A DNA stretch of 64,000 nt from an uncultured Armatimonadetes bacterium (GCA_963699265.1 OY969427.1:3784006-3848005); one strand, 5' to 3'. Positions 1 to 11,000 are shown, numbered from the stretch's first letter. Numbers and translations are program-made. Notes: generated by a model from the letters alone, not told the origin.

Positions 1-923
1 TTATTGTTGCAAAAGAAAAAGTCGTCGGAGATTGCGATTAGACGTCCGCTTCCGACCGAAACGATCATGACGACAGGTTGGGGCAATAACGACGCGGGCT
101 TGCCTGGACGAGCAGGTATCGCCGCGACAGTGACCGTCTTGGGACCGCCTGGCATTTTGGGATGGGCCACCTTATAAGTTACAGCCGGTTTCGCAGGAAT
201 TGCGGGCGAGCCTGGTATGTGAGCGTAATCGCCCATCAAAACGACACCATCGTCGAAGTCACGCTTCAGCCGGCTTCCGCCGTGAATCCTGATCGAAACC
301 ACCCCGTTTGTCCATTTTCCTGGCTGCAGAGGCGCGAAGTCCCTCTTGGTGTCGTCCTTCAAAGCGGACTGCATATCGATTCCAAGCTCGGATGCGAACG
401 TGGTCTGGTCGTCGTCGCCCGACGACTTGTCCTTTGCGGAGCTCAACGCCTCCGTTTGCGACAAAGTCGGCAAGCTGGATGCGGCTAGAATCAATGTATG
501 TCCCTTCGACAGCCACTTCTCGACCGCAGTTCCCTCCGCTCCCGTGAGAAGGTTTTGTTTCGGTTGATCGTCTGACGGCGTGTCTTCAGTTGACCGACTA
601 GCTGGAGCAGTTGCCGAAAGGTCGATTGGCGGAGCATTCGGTGCGATGCAGATCAGGACATCGGCGTCGTTCGGCAGTTTATTGAAATCGTGACGCCAGA
701 CCTGCGGCTTGTAGCCCAGCTTGCGTGTCCAGTCGAACAGACCCTTGCTCCCGCTGCCACGGTCGTTGTTGACCGACGGATCCTTGAAGTATTCCAACGA
801 AACCGTCTGTTTACCGTGGTTGAACGTGGTGGACGATGAAAACAGCGCAAAAGCCGCCAGCGCAAAAAACGCCAGCAGTACGACAAAACCGGTCACGTCC
901 TGTTTGAGCGGGGAGGTTCGCAT
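1..923 (-). CDS. DUF4350-like membrane-anchored protein, partial (3' end lies beyond the window start)
   Basis: This ORF is missing from the track because no stop lies inside the window. A reverse-strand ATG at 923..921 opens a frame that stays open to position 1. My translation begins MRTSPLKQDVTGFVVLLAFFALAAFALF (one TM helix), then shows GLFDWTRKLGYKPQVW and GSGRLIAISDDFFF, a pattern I associate with DUF4350. It sits 31 nt downstream of the DUF4129 gene and is co-oriented with it. Confidence 0.55.
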   Translation of the reverse strand, partial: MRTSPLKQDVTGFVVLLAFFALAAFALFSSSTTFNHGKQTVSLEYFKDPSVNNDRGSGSKGLFDWTRKLGYKPQVWRHDFNKLPNDADVLICIAPNAPPIDLSATAPASRSTEDTPSDDQPKQNLLTGAEGTAVEKWLSKGHTLILAASSLPTLSQTEALSSAKDKSSGDDDQTTFASELGIDMQSALKDDTKRDFAPLQPGKWTNGVVSIRIHGGSRLKRDFDDGVVLMGDYAHIPGSPAIPAKPAVTYKVAHPKMPGGPKTVTVAAIPARPGKPASLLPQPVVMIVSVGSGRLIAISDDFFFCNN

Positions 924-954
924 GGTGAAATAGCGCAAGACTCAGGCTGGTCGC

Positions 955-2055
955 CTATTTGTGCGCCGAAGCAGGTCTCCTCGAAGAATTTTGCGACGCT
1001 GCGGCTGCCGCGTCAGCTGCTCGCCTTTCAAGTAGCGCGCGAACATCGTCGTATCGCGTCAGCGCATTTTCGTATTGACCCTGAGATGCGGGACGTTGAC
1101 CGTACCAGATGCGGTCAAACTCAGCCGCAAACGGCTGGAGCAGCTTTTGAAGTTCGCGCTCGTTTGAAAGCGCACGGATATATTCCCAGTTCGTTTTGGA
1201 TCGATCCAGCCTGATTGCGCCCTCGAAATCAAGCATGACAAGCACGGCAAGGAACATAAGCCGAAGCGCGGACCGGTAGTCGCCAGTTTCTGCCGCCGCT
1301 TGCGCAAGCTCGCGGAGGCGATTGTAGTTATGGGTAGCGACAAGCTCTTTTTCTTCAAGAGTTAGGGCGATGCCAGAATCGCTGCTGAGTCGTCCGATGC
1401 TTCCCTGCCTGCTGATGATCAATTGTGCGATGAAATAGATCGCTGCCCCGACGGCCAGGACGATAATAACGATCAGGATGACTTCGGGAACAATTGGGCT
1501 GATCGTGCCAGTCGGCCCTCCACTGATCGGGCGAAGATGCAGCTTCTTCAGCAGATTCTCAAACCACTCGCCAAACTTCTCCCAGCCCGATTTCGGCGGT
1601 AGCGGCTGCGAGGAAAAATCCACGCCGGACAAAACGGCTTCGGCGGAACGTTGGGCGTCCGCGCTGTCCACTGGCTTATAGTCCTTAGAAATGGCCTGCA
1701 GGATCGTATAGACCTGGTCGCCGATCTCATCCCACCGGTTGGTGTAGTCGTCCTGATCTTTGATCGCCTGCGCGGCGTTCATCTGTGAAAGCAGCGCACG
1801 GTTGTCCACAAAGAAGAGTTCATAGCTACCTGATCGCACCGTGCACCGCACAACCGGCGCAATGTCGTTGATAGCCGCCAAACCGGCAGATCGTGTTCCG
1901 TTGGAGGCGCTGTCAGCGTCATTTTGGACTCTGGTAAGCGCTGCCGAATACTGTTCTACTGTCAGTGACTGGCAGTAGGCGAATTTAGCGGCAGCGCTGA
2001 GAAGAAGCGCTAACGCGATCAAGATACCGCTAATCTTGAAGTTGACCCGTCTCAT
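955..2055 (-). CDS. DUF4129 domain protein with N-terminal anchor and an internal TM segment
   Basis: Track ORF 955..2088. The C-terminal part (DFEGAIRLDRSKTNWEYIRAL...FDRIWYGQRP) matches my memory of DUF4129. I prefer the ATG at 2055..2053 (MRRVNFK...), which overlaps the upstream stop as ATGA. Confidence 0.7.
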   Translation of the reverse strand: MRRVNFKISGILIALALLLSAAAKFAYCQSLTVEQYSAALTRVQNDADSASNGTRSAGLAAINDIAPVVRCTVRSGSYELFFVDNRALLSQMNAAQAIKDQDDYTNRWDEIGDQVYTILQAISKDYKPVDSADAQRSAEAVLSGVDFSSQPLPPKSGWEKFGEWFENLLKKLHLRPISGGPTGTISPIVPEVILIVIIVLAVGAAIYFIAQLIISRQGSIGRLSSDSGIALTLEEKELVATHNYNRLRELAQAAAETGDYRSALRLMFLAVLVMLDFEGAIRLDRSKTNWEYIRALSNERELQKLLQPFAAEFDRIWYGQRPASQGQYENALTRYDDVRALLERRAADAAAAASQNSSRRPASAHK

Positions 2056-2999
2056 GCGGCGGACTGCCCCTTCTGTGGACGCTGCCAAAAGCGCCGCTTT
2101 GCGACTTGGCCCGGTGCCTTAGCGCTTGGGTGGGATGCATTCGAATCGTCGCCCATGCCAAGCTGCTCCGCGATCACGACCATGTCGTAGCCTTCTTGTC
2201 GAATCCGGAAGTCAAAATACATCAATGTGAGCAGCGTAAAGCTATAAGGCGAAACGATCAATGTGGCGAACGATGCGGCGATTTCGCTGGCGATTGCTTT
2301 GTTCGCTGCCAAGGCTGGCAAGAACGGCAACGAGTCGATTGGCAGGTAGGCCAGCACGAACTCTAGTGGTGCCTGTGCTGCCCAAGTCATCACAAAGTGG
2401 ATCAGGCTTAGCAGAGAGAGGCATCCCGCGCAGCGCCAGAAGCCGTTCTCGGTCAACTTGTAGCTGCGGCGAAGAATCGCGAACGGCGAGTTGGCCTTTT
2501 CGAGCACGGCGACTTGCGACGCCAGCAGATACCGGCACGAAAAATACATGCCCGGGATCAGGCACGCAAATGAGCCAAGGGAGATGATGGCCGTCACCAA
2601 AATCACGGTGAACACTACCGGGAGCGACCTGCGCAACGCCGCTAGATAGCCCTGAATGATCGTCACGGGCCGATTGTGATACCGCTCCGAGATGATGTAA
2701 ACCAGCCCCGTTCCCACGATTGCGACAGCGATCAAGTTCAGCGTGCTGCCAATGAGCAAGACTGAGACTGCCTGACTCATCATCGTCATAATCTGATCGA
2801 AATCAGGACTCGTGCTGCTGGCCATGTGCAGGAAATTTTCAAGAGCGGGATTGACCACCGCGATGATCGCGATCTGCAGCGGCACTGTAAAGATAGCCGA
2901 CGCACCTAGAAACAGAAGAAAGTTCGACTTGTAAAGGTCGAACGCTTCGTCAAAGAGGTCGGCAAGTCCGAGAGGGCGGAATCGGCGGATGTTGAACAT
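2052..2999 (-). CDS. polytopic membrane protein of unknown function
   Basis: 315-aa ORF with about 6-7 hydrophobic segments. Its stop is coupled (ATGA) to the DUF4129 gene. I could not assign a family confidently. Confidence 0.65.
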   Translation of the reverse strand: MFNIRRFRPLGLADLFDEAFDLYKSNFLLFLGASAIFTVPLQIAIIAVVNPALENFLHMASSTSPDFDQIMTMMSQAVSVLLIGSTLNLIAVAIVGTGLVYIISERYHNRPVTIIQGYLAALRRSLPVVFTVILVTAIISLGSFACLIPGMYFSCRYLLASQVAVLEKANSPFAILRRSYKLTENGFWRCAGCLSLLSLIHFVMTWAAQAPLEFVLAYLPIDSLPFLPALAANKAIASEIAASFATLIVSPYSFTLLTLMYFDFRIRQEGYDMVVIAEQLGMGDDSNASHPSAKAPGQVAKRRFWQRPQKGQSAA

Positions 3000-3052
3000 A
3001 GTCGCGAAAATCTAGGCCGTGAGACTTCCGGCGCAGCTCGACTGAAATTTGG

Positions 3053-3985
3053 CTAAGATTGCTCTTCCGATTCCGTCTGTGCCCGCGGCTCATCCGTGGG
3101 TGAAGATCGGCGCGCCACCCGCACCATTGCGGCGCGCAACAGGCGTCCATCGGACGTGAAGCCGCGACGCATCTCTTCGACAATGGTGTCTTCGGCCATC
3201 TCGTCGCCCTCGGCAATCTCTGCAATACCCATCGCTTCGTGAAGGTCAGGGTCGAACATTTGGCCGACAGTCTCAATAGGCACGATATCGTAACCGTGGA
3301 GAAATTTGTCGAAGTTGCGAAGAATCGCCTCTACCCCTTCAACAAGCTGATCTACCGTTTCGGTTTCTTTGGCGGCGACTAAGCTGCGTTCGAAATCGTC
3401 GATGATCGGCAGCACCTGCTTGATCATGCGTTCGTTCGCCTCCTGCACGGCGCGGTCGCGATCTTTTTCGCCCTTGCGGCGCAGGTTGATCAGGTCTGCA
3501 TGCGCGCGTCGGACATTGTTGCGCTCGGTTTCGAGTTGCGCACGCAGCCGTTCGATCTCAGAGAGTTCGCCGTTCGCAGCGGGTGGAGCATGCGATTCAA
3601 CGGAATGCCGCGGCTCAGCCTGCGGCTTTGCCGGGCGAGACCTGGACGCCTCGAAATCACGTATAAGGTCGCCGAGGTCCATGCGTCCAATAGTGGTACC
3701 ACCGACCGCGGGTGTCTCATCGAGATCGATGGACACCCGTCCCGGCGCTAGTTCCGGGAGGGGGCTGTCGAAGTCGATTACAGCAGGGACGGCGTGGATC
3801 GGCTCTAAATCGTCCGCTAAGGGAAAGACGTCATCGGCATCGTCAAATTCGGGCAGGTCCAACGAAAATACCGGCCCTTTCGTCTTACCGGATTTCTTGT
3901 CGCGCTCTTCGGCGGTGAGGAATGTCAGCTCGCCCGACTCCTCTGCATCAATATTTTCGTCGGGATCAACAGGTTCAATTGGCAT
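3053..3985 (-). CDS. grpE: nucleotide exchange factor GrpE with a ~130-aa acidic low-complexity N-terminal extension
   Basis: GrpE hallmarks are present in the C-terminal half (LPIIDDFERSL, FDPDLHEAMG, RLLRAAMVRV). The track frame 3053..4318 runs across two tRNA genes. The first sensible start is ATG 3985..3983 (MPIEPVDPDEN). Confidence 0.85.
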   Translation of the reverse strand: MPIEPVDPDENIDAEESGELTFLTAEERDKKSGKTKGPVFSLDLPEFDDADDVFPLADDLEPIHAVPAVIDFDSPLPELAPGRVSIDLDETPAVGGTTIGRMDLGDLIRDFEASRSRPAKPQAEPRHSVESHAPPAANGELSEIERLRAQLETERNNVRRAHADLINLRRKGEKDRDRAVQEANERMIKQVLPIIDDFERSLVAAKETETVDQLVEGVEAILRNFDKFLHGYDIVPIETVGQMFDPDLHEAMGIAEIAEGDEMAEDTIVEEMRRGFTSDGRLLRAAMVRVARRSSPTDEPRAQTESEEQS

Positions 3986-4105
3986 GAGAAAAACACACGG
4001 AAAAGACAGTTCGAAATACAGATTATGCGGGCAGAAAGTGAAGAAAGGAATGCCGTCGCTCAAAATATTGTACCTGCATTGGTTGCGATTGAGGTACGCG
4101 GAGGT

Positions 4106-4135
4106 TTGCCAGCTCAGGCAGATTGATGGTATAAT
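4106..4135 (+). promoter_or_regulatory. candidate sigma70 promoter for tRNA-Leu
   Basis: TTGCCA (4106-4111), 18-nt spacer, TATAAT (4130-4135), with an extended -10 TG at 4127-4128. It lies about 10 nt upstream of the tRNA 5' end. Confidence 0.5.
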
Positions 4136-4144
4136 TTCGGTCGC

Positions 4145-4228
4145 GGGCGAGTGGCGGAACGGTAGACGCGCTGGTCTTAGGAACCAGTTCCTTCGGGAGT
4201 GGGGGTTCAAATCCCCCCTCGCCCACCA
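4145..4228 (+). tRNA. tRNA-Leu (anticodon UAG), type II with long variable arm, CCA encoded
   Basis: Hand-folded cloverleaf. Acceptor GGGCGAG/CTCGCCC. Anticodon stem CTGGT/ACCAG with loop CTTAGGA. Long variable arm. T arm GGGGG-TTCAAAT-CCCCC. Discriminator A followed by CCA. Confidence 0.9.
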
Positions 4229-4246
4229 AAGTTTAGGCAATGCGCC

Positions 4247-4275
4247 TTGACATTGATATCGGCGGAGTGTATACT
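4247..4275 (+). promoter_or_regulatory. candidate sigma70 promoter for tRNA-Gly
   Basis: TTGACA (4247-4252), 17-nt spacer, TATACT (4270-4275). Confidence 0.55.
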
Positions 4276-4325
4276 TTCCATCTGTTCGGCGAACCTGTGC
4301 GTGGCCCGAACAAGACAACCCACCT

Positions 4326-4400
<75 letters not shown>

Positions 4401-4767
4401 GTTTCAGTTCGATCTTTGGCGAGATCGGCCCAGCCGTGCTAAGCAAAAAGTCAAGAGTGTCTTAGCGCGGCAAATTTCTGATTCGTAAGATCGATCCTTT
4501 GTTGCGAAATCACGCAGCATTCTCCCCCAACCCTTGAAGGCCGATTCGCCTTAACCACGAAGGTTTTCTGGTTTCTCCACCACGTCATCCGACAACGCCT
4601 TTAACAATGCGGCGCTGATGCGCTGCCTCCAAGCACTCCAAACCATCCTCATCAAATCCTGGAACTCGAATGGTCCGCATACTGAGTGGTCTCGGCACCC
4701 GTCTGGCAAACCCAATTCCAGGCGGCCAAGCATATTTTTGCGTGCCATAAATCCAGTGCAAAGTCGC

Positions 4768-4832
4768 TGTGCAACGCCTATTGACACAGAAGATTGCGTG
4801 TGTTAAGATAAGTTGTGCAATATTAGTGCACA
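4768..4832 (+). promoter_or_regulatory. promoter of the AraR-like regulator with flanking TGTGCA boxes (candidate auto-operator)
   Basis: TTGACA (4781-4786), 17-nt spacer, TAAGAT (4804-4809). A TGTGCAA box lies at 4768-4774, upstream of the -35. A perfect palindrome TGTGCA-N7-TGCACA lies at 4814-4832, just downstream of the -10. Confidence 0.55.
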
Positions 4833-4844
4833 GAGAATGATCAA

Positions 4845-6089
4845 ATGTCGAAAAAGGCAGTCGTCATCGACAGAGTACCGGTATACCGCAGTCTTCAACG
4901 CGAACTAAAGAAGCGCATTCACGGCGGTGAATGGGCCAAGGGCGGGTTGATTCCTAGCCGCCGCGCACTTGCGGACGAATTTGCTGTCTCTGTTCCCACT
5001 GTGCAAAAAGCTATCTCAGATATGGTGTCCGAAGGGCTCCTGCGTGTCAATGCTAAGCGTGGCACTTATGTTTTCGGTGATCCGACTCCCGAACCATCAG
5101 AGGTCTTCGAGTTCGCTCCTATAAGCAAGTCGCCAACACCAGTCGCCGTTGCTCAAGGGCCTGTTGCACTTGTTGGCGACATCCGGCCCAATGAAGGTTT
5201 TGGGTTCGCGCACGGTTGGTCGTTCGTGACGGTCAACGAGGCAGAGCTGGCTCTGTCGCAGATGGGGATCGCATCGCGTTTTTTCAATCGTTTCGCGGCC
5301 GATCCAACTTTAGGAAGCGCCGGTGCGCACATAGAGAGCCGGCAAAACACTAAGACTGATGCGGAGTTGATAAAGGCGATCGCGGAGTGCCGCCCGGCTG
5401 CAGTCGTGCTGCATGAATCCGTTCTTCACCCAGGTCAGCGAAGTTTGATCGACGAGGCAATCGACGCGGGGCTGTTCACAGTAGCCATAGGCTCGCGTAG
5501 CTTTGGTCCGAAGTGCGTGAGCGTCTCATACGACCTAGAAAATGCGGGCTTTCAAGCTGGGAGCCATTTAATTGAAACGGGATGCCGCCGGATTTTGTTT
5601 TTTTCCGCAGGGCAAACGGATTGGGTTCAATCGCGGTTAGCGGGCGTTCGAAGTGCAATTTTTACCACTCGGCCAGGGTCTGTAGAGCTAGTCGAGGCAA
5701 TTGGCGACCACGCCCTTGAGGAGGTTATCCGGACGTCCCGAGATTCGCATCCCCATGTGGCCGTGTCGTACGATTTTGCTAAGAAAATCTTGAGATCGGC
5801 ACCAGATGTGGACGGCGTTGTTGCAGTCAACGACGACGCTGCTTTCGGCTTTGTTCAAGCAGCTTCGGAGATTGGTTTGCGCATGGGAATTGATTATTCG
5901 ATTATCGGATTCGACGACAGTGCCGAGTCGCATGCGTTGGGATTATCGACACTTCACCCGCCTTGTGTAGGGATGGGCCGAGAAGCCGCCTACGTAGTCG
6001 CGAAAAGATTGCAAGGCCAAGAAGATTTCGGCGCGATTGTTCTGAGGTCGCGTCTCGTTGTGCGGGCGTCATCCGCCCACAGGAACTAA
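4845..6089 (+). CDS. AraR-like transcriptional regulator (GntR-type winged HTH fused to a LacI/GalR-type periplasmic-binding-fold sugar sensor)
   Basis: The N-terminus (PSRRALADEFAVSVPTVQKAISDMVSEGLLRVNAKRGTYV) is GntR-like. The C-terminus (DGVVAVNDDAAFGFVQAASEIGLRMGIDYSIIGFDD) is LacI-family sensor-like. A paralog lies at 26100..27353. Confidence 0.85.
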   Translation: MSKKAVVIDRVPVYRSLQRELKKRIHGGEWAKGGLIPSRRALADEFAVSVPTVQKAISDMVSEGLLRVNAKRGTYVFGDPTPEPSEVFEFAPISKSPTPVAVAQGPVALVGDIRPNEGFGFAHGWSFVTVNEAELALSQMGIASRFFNRFAADPTLGSAGAHIESRQNTKTDAELIKAIAECRPAAVVLHESVLHPGQRSLIDEAIDAGLFTVAIGSRSFGPKCVSVSYDLENAGFQAGSHLIETGCRRILFFSAGQTDWVQSRLAGVRSAIFTTRPGSVELVEAIGDHALEEVIRTSRDSHPHVAVSYDFAKKILRSAPDVDGVVAVNDDAAFGFVQAASEIGLRMGIDYSIIGFDDSAESHALGLSTLHPPCVGMGREAAYVVAKRLQGQEDFGAIVLRSRLVVRASSAHRN

Positions 6090-6128
6090 TATGCTGTTGT
6101 ACACAGAAGTCATAAGGAGACTATTGAT

Positions 6129-6929
6129 TTGAAACTCATTCGCACGCGCTCCCAAGGGTTCACCCTCATAGAGCTGCTCGTCGTCATAGCAATTATCGCC
6201 ATTCTCGCCGCGATACTTTTCCCTGTGTTTGCAAAGGCGCGTGAAAAGGCGCGTCAAACGACCTGCTCGTCCAATGAGAGGCAGCTTGGCCTGGCCATAC
6301 TGCAATACGAGCAGGACAACAACGAGAAGCTTCCGACGATCCTGTATGCCGCTGGCAACTACTACGGCGATGGATGGGGTGGGGCTGTCTATCCCTACGT
6401 TAAGGCGTTGGCAGTCTATGACTGCCCTGACGATACGCTCAGCCCTGGCCCGAACGTGGCTTACGCCTTTAATGCTGCACTTTGGAACACCACCTTAGCG
6501 CTTGATGTAGCGCCAGCCTCGACAGTGCTTCTCTTCGAGGCACCAGGGACGGCCTGCAACGTGACCACGAGCGACATTGCCGGATCCGGCGGCTGCGCGG
6601 GTTCAGGCATCTTTGGTTACGATACTGGAAACTGGAACGGGCACCAATATATCACAGGCGAGCAGGGTACTGGAACTGCAGTCGCAGCCGATCCCGGCAA
6701 CGCCCGACATAGCCAGGATAGCAACGACAGCTTGAACTATCTTGCAGCAGACGGCCATGTCAAGTTTCTTCCGATTGGCGACATCGCGCCGGGCACGACC
6801 ACCGATCCTACCGCGTACGGCAACGATACGGTTTCGAGCAATTCGCCGTATGTGAGAGTATCAAATAGCACAGAAGACCCGTCAAGCAAGCTTGTGGCTC
6901 CGCATGTGCTGACGTTCAATCCCAATTAG
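6129..6929 (+). CDS. prepilin-type N-terminal cleavage/methylation domain protein, DUF1559-like (pseudopilin-like), type A
   Basis: Class III signal ([37 protein letters not shown]) and C-terminal [12 protein letters not shown]. The track start at 6129 is a TTG. It lies 40 nt downstream of the regulator. Confidence 0.85.
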   Translation: MKLIRTRSQGFTLIELLVVIAIIAILAAILFPVFAKAREKARQTTCSSNERQLGLAILQYEQDNNEKLPTILYAAGNYYGDGWGGAVYPYVKALAVYDCPDDTLSPGPNVAYAFNAALWNTTLALDVAPASTVLLFEAPGTACNVTTSDIAGSGGCAGSGIFGYDTGNWNGHQYITGEQGTGTAVAADPGNARHSQDSNDSLNYLAADGHVKFLPIGDIAPGTTTDPTAYGNDTVSSNSPYVRVSNSTEDPSSKLVAPHVLTFNPN

Positions 6930-7099
6930 CCCGGTTCCGAGTCTGCGGTCGCCGCTAGCCAGAAAGCGCATGCAATTCTAGCGGCCACCGCAATGGATCC
7001 AATGAATAAAACAGCAACGTCACGCTTGAATTGAGGTAGAGTCTTAATGAATACCACGCAGCCAATTAGACAAGCTGCAGGCGGTCAACGGAGAACGAA

Positions 7100-7927
7100 A
7101 TGTCAACAAGCACAAAGCGATCAGCTGGCTTCACCCTCATAGAGCTGCTCGTCGTCATAGCCATCATAGCCATTCTCGCCGCGATACTTTTCCCCGTGTT
7201 TGCAAAGGCACGGGAAAAGGCGCGTCAAACGACCTGCTCGTCCAACCTGAGGCAACTTGGCCTCGCGATGATTCAATATGAGCAGGACAATAACGAGAAG
7301 CTTCCGCCAATCCTGTATGCCGCAGGCAATTATTACGGCGACGGTTGGGCGGGAATGATTTATCCGTACGTCAAGGCAACAGCAGTTTATGACTGTCCCG
7401 ACGATACTGTTGCACCCGTGGCCAATGTGCCGAACATGTCCTATTCCTTCAACGCAGCTCTCTACAACACGACACTGGCGCTCAATGTAGCGCCAGCGTT
7501 GACCGTGATGCTGTTCGAGCGGCCAGGCAACAACTGCGACCCGTCGTGCAGCACGAACAGCTTTACGTGTGACCAGAACGGTAGCCGCGGTTGCTCTACG
7601 TCAGGCATTTTCGGCTATGACACGGGCAACTCTAACGGCCACGCCTATATTGCGGGCGAGCAGGGAACGGGAACTGCGATCGCGGCTGATCCGGGCAACG
7701 CGCGTCACAGCCAAGACGCAAACGATAGCTTGAACTATCTCGGTGCCGACGGCCATGTCAAGTTCCTGCCGATTGGCGACATCGCGCCCGGCACTACAAC
7801 GAATCCGTTCACCTACGGCAACGACACGGTTTCGAGCAACTCTCCCTACGTCAGGGTGACCAGTAGCACAGAGGACCCGTCAAGTAAGCTTGTAGCCCCG
7901 CACGTGCTTACGTTCAATCCTAACTAA
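7100..7927 (+). CDS. prepilin-type N-terminal cleavage/methylation domain protein, DUF1559-like, type A (tandem paralog)
   Basis: Same motifs as 6129..6929. The first ~150 nt after the signal region and the last ~200 nt are nearly identical to the neighbouring gene. Confidence 0.85.
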   Translation: MSTSTKRSAGFTLIELLVVIAIIAILAAILFPVFAKAREKARQTTCSSNLRQLGLAMIQYEQDNNEKLPPILYAAGNYYGDGWAGMIYPYVKATAVYDCPDDTVAPVANVPNMSYSFNAALYNTTLALNVAPALTVMLFERPGNNCDPSCSTNSFTCDQNGSRGCSTSGIFGYDTGNSNGHAYIAGEQGTGTAIAADPGNARHSQDANDSLNYLGADGHVKFLPIGDIAPGTTTNPFTYGNDTVSSNSPYVRVTSSTEDPSSKLVAPHVLTFNPN

Positions 7928-7986
7928 ATTGGCTTGTTCGAGCACGACGCCTCAACATGCTCGTACAACTTGATCGTATTGACACT

Positions 7987-8020
7987 TTGGCAGCGGATCG
8001 TCCCGCTGCCAATATTATTT
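7987..8020 (+). terminator. intrinsic terminator after the tandem pilin-like pair
   Basis: 10-bp stem TTGGCAGCGG (7987-7996) / CCGCTGCCAA (8003-8012) with a 6-nt loop, followed by TATTATTTT. Confidence 0.65.
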
Positions 8021-8081
8021 TGAATAAACTTCGCTCAACAATTGCCAGCAAATCAATAAGCTTGGAATAGAAATCAACACA

Positions 8082-11000
8082 ATGAACTTTCGACAGAGAT
8101 TTTGTAGCATTCTCTTCGCAGCCATCTGCGCCTTGGCACTTTCACCGACTAGTGTGGCGCACGCCGGCGGCGTTCATTCCATATCCATAACCTCGCTTCC
8201 CATGGCCCGGTCGCCGATCACAATAGATGGAAACCTTTCCGATTGGCCGGACGTGCGGCCTGTGGAATATGTTCCGATTGCGCCTGGTTTAGCGAAGTCT
8301 GGCTCTCCTGCGCTCGATGCGTTGCGGAGGCATCCCGATTTTGCTGACATACAGGCATGCTATAGCGGGAAGGCTCTCTTTATCGGGATCGTCTGGACTG
8401 GCCTTTCTAAGAATGAAGCTGGCCAGTTTATGCAGCTGCATATTGTTTCGGATCGAACAGTTACCATCCGAATTCCGGAGTCCGGCGTCGCCGGATCGGA
8501 ACCGGTTGAGGAGATGGCCAGCGGGGGAGACGTTTGGCACAATATCTCCGCCAATGGGGGAGCGGTATCGAAGACGGCGTTCGATCCTGACGGTACGGTG
8601 ACCCAGGAAATTCGAATTCCCTGGGCGTATCTGACGTCCTCAGGCGTGCCATCCTCAATGCTGACGATGGCATTCGATTTGGAATGGCCGAATCTGACCG
8701 AGCCGTTCATTGGCCGCCTTCCACAAGAAGTGCTGAATCCTAACACCCACCTAACCGCGTGCTTTTTGACTTCACCCGGCAAGATTCTTGGTGGCGATGT
8801 GTATCTGGGCGATCCGGCAGACTGGGGTGTTCTGCGCTTTGTTCAATCGGCTGAAGCCAACGATACGAAATACTCCGTGATGGCTACAGGCGCGACGGAG
8901 ACGACGGTCCCGAAACTGACTGCTCCCATCGACATCAATGGTCGACTATCAGGCTGGCAAGCGGGACAGTTCCAGTCGATTGTCTTTGCGCCAGGCCTCC
9001 TGGGCGACCGCTACAGTGCGAAGATCGCTACGGCTTTCGACGACGAGTTTTTCTATATCGTGGCGCATGTTCATTCACCAGGCGGTCCATACAATACGGA
9101 AGCCGAAGCACGCCAGTCGGGCTTCGCTGGCGGCGATGCTTTGCAGATTCGCCTCAACGATGGAAAAAACACGGTCAACTTGTGCGCCTGGTACGACTCA
9201 GTTCGCCATTCGCCAGCGTTGACCGCAGATGGCGGAGATCTGAAAAACCCGTACCTACGTCAGCAAGGAGCCAAAGAGGCGTTCCTAGCGGATGCCGACT
9301 GCCAAGGCTATACTCAGGAGATTGCAATTCCGTGGAGCGTCCTGCCTGCTGGTGCTGCGCCGAATGTTGGCGACATGTGGAAAGGGACGTTCCAAGTTTG
9401 GTGGTCGGGCCTTGAGCCGCAGTTTACGGCAATCGCCAATCCAACGCTTGCGTCCGGCGGAGGCATCGCCTATACATATAAGCTGCCCAAAGAGGCAAAT
9501 GTGTCGCTCGGCATCTACGACACACAGGGGCATCTCGTCCAGACTCTTGTCAAAGATGCTCACCGCCGCACTGGCGCTAACACGGACTTCTGGAACGGTG
9601 AAGATCAATTTGGCAAGGTCGTGTCGCCGGGACGATACGAAGTCCGAGGGCTTTACCATCCACCTATCTCCGTTCAGCACGCGATCAGCATCGGAAATCC
9701 GGGCACTCCGCCATGGCCGACAGCAGACGGCAAAGGAGATTGGCTCAGCGACGAAGCTGCGCCTCAGGCGGCAGTGACTGACGGAACCAATGTCTATCTG
9801 GCCGCGCCCGGTTGCGAGAAAGGCAGCTCGGTCATCGCGGTAGATGCCAGCGGCAAGCGGATTTGGGGCTTTAGCATCGGCGAAAATCCACGTTGCGTTT
9901 CGCTTACGCTGCGTGGAAACTACCTTTACGTGCTCTATTCCGGCCCGCTTACGGTGGGCAAAGACGTGATTGGTCGTGGCGACCTGATTTGCATCGATAA
10001 GAACACCGGTACGACCGCACTGTTCAGCACCGAAAAGCCGACACTCAGGGTCGCGACCTATCCCTATATTGATCGGGTCGCTGGCCTGTGGGACTTGCGT
10101 GTCCATAAGTCGTTCAACCCGCTCAACTACGAGGGCCAACCGCGCTATTTCGCCAACGATGTTGGAGAGGTGTCGGACGCAGTTGGTCTAGCTGCAACTC
10201 CCACTCGCCTTTACGTATCGATGATCGAGCAAAATCAGATATTGGTCCTGGATGCGAACGACCGGCCAACAGTTGGACACAATCCAAATTACGCACCCCG
10301 TTGGGCTTCATACGCTGCCGAATGGCAAGATTTTGGCGGTCAGCGATGGTCAAATTGTGACCATCGATCCCTCCAGCAAGACGTCAACTGTCACGATCAA
10401 CCACGACCTTGCCGCGCCGCATGACGTTACCACAGATGCTGCAGGAAATATCTATGTCAGCGATTGGGCAGACTCGTTCCAGGTCAAGGTGTTTTCGCCC
10501 GATGGCAGTCGGCTAATTCGCGCAATCGGTGTCAAGGGCGGGCGTCCGTGGATCGGTGCTTGGAATCCGAATGGGATGCTGTTGCCGCGAGGAATCGCCG
10601 TCACCAACAATGGCAAGCTCTGGGTGGCCGAGGACGATGCTTCGCCAAACAGGATCAGCGTTTGGGATGCGGCCACCGGAGCGTTTATCCGCGACTACAT
10701 CGGGCCATCGCCATACGGCGGCGGTGCCAACTTCTGGGTAGATCCGAGCGATACGTCCACAGTGCTCGCGGAAGGCACCCTGTTCCATGTCGACTACGCA
10801 AAAAAGACCTGGACGCCTGTTTCGACTCCATTTCGCCGCATGAGCATGACAGAACCTTTTACGCCTAATGGCATGTTTGGCGGTCAGCCTGGCTGCAGAA
10901 CTATCGTTCACGACGGCAAGCAGTTCGTTTATTGGACGTATGGTACCTACGGCATGGTCGTAATGCGCCGCGATGGTGACCGTCTGACTCCCGTTGCCGC

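Noticed and set aside
3369-4250. 293-aa plus-strand ORF
   Set aside because: It is antisense to grpE and Ser/Arg-rich low complexity.
3986-4318. N-terminal 111 codons of the track ORF 3053..4318
   Set aside because: This extension runs antisense through tRNA-Leu and tRNA-Gly and has no GrpE similarity. The ATG at 3985 is a better start.
4551-4787. 78-aa reverse-strand ORF next to tRNA-Gly, considered as an integrase or island remnant
   Set aside because: It has no recombinase motifs, no duplicated tRNA 3' end was found elsewhere in the window, and its coding character is weak.
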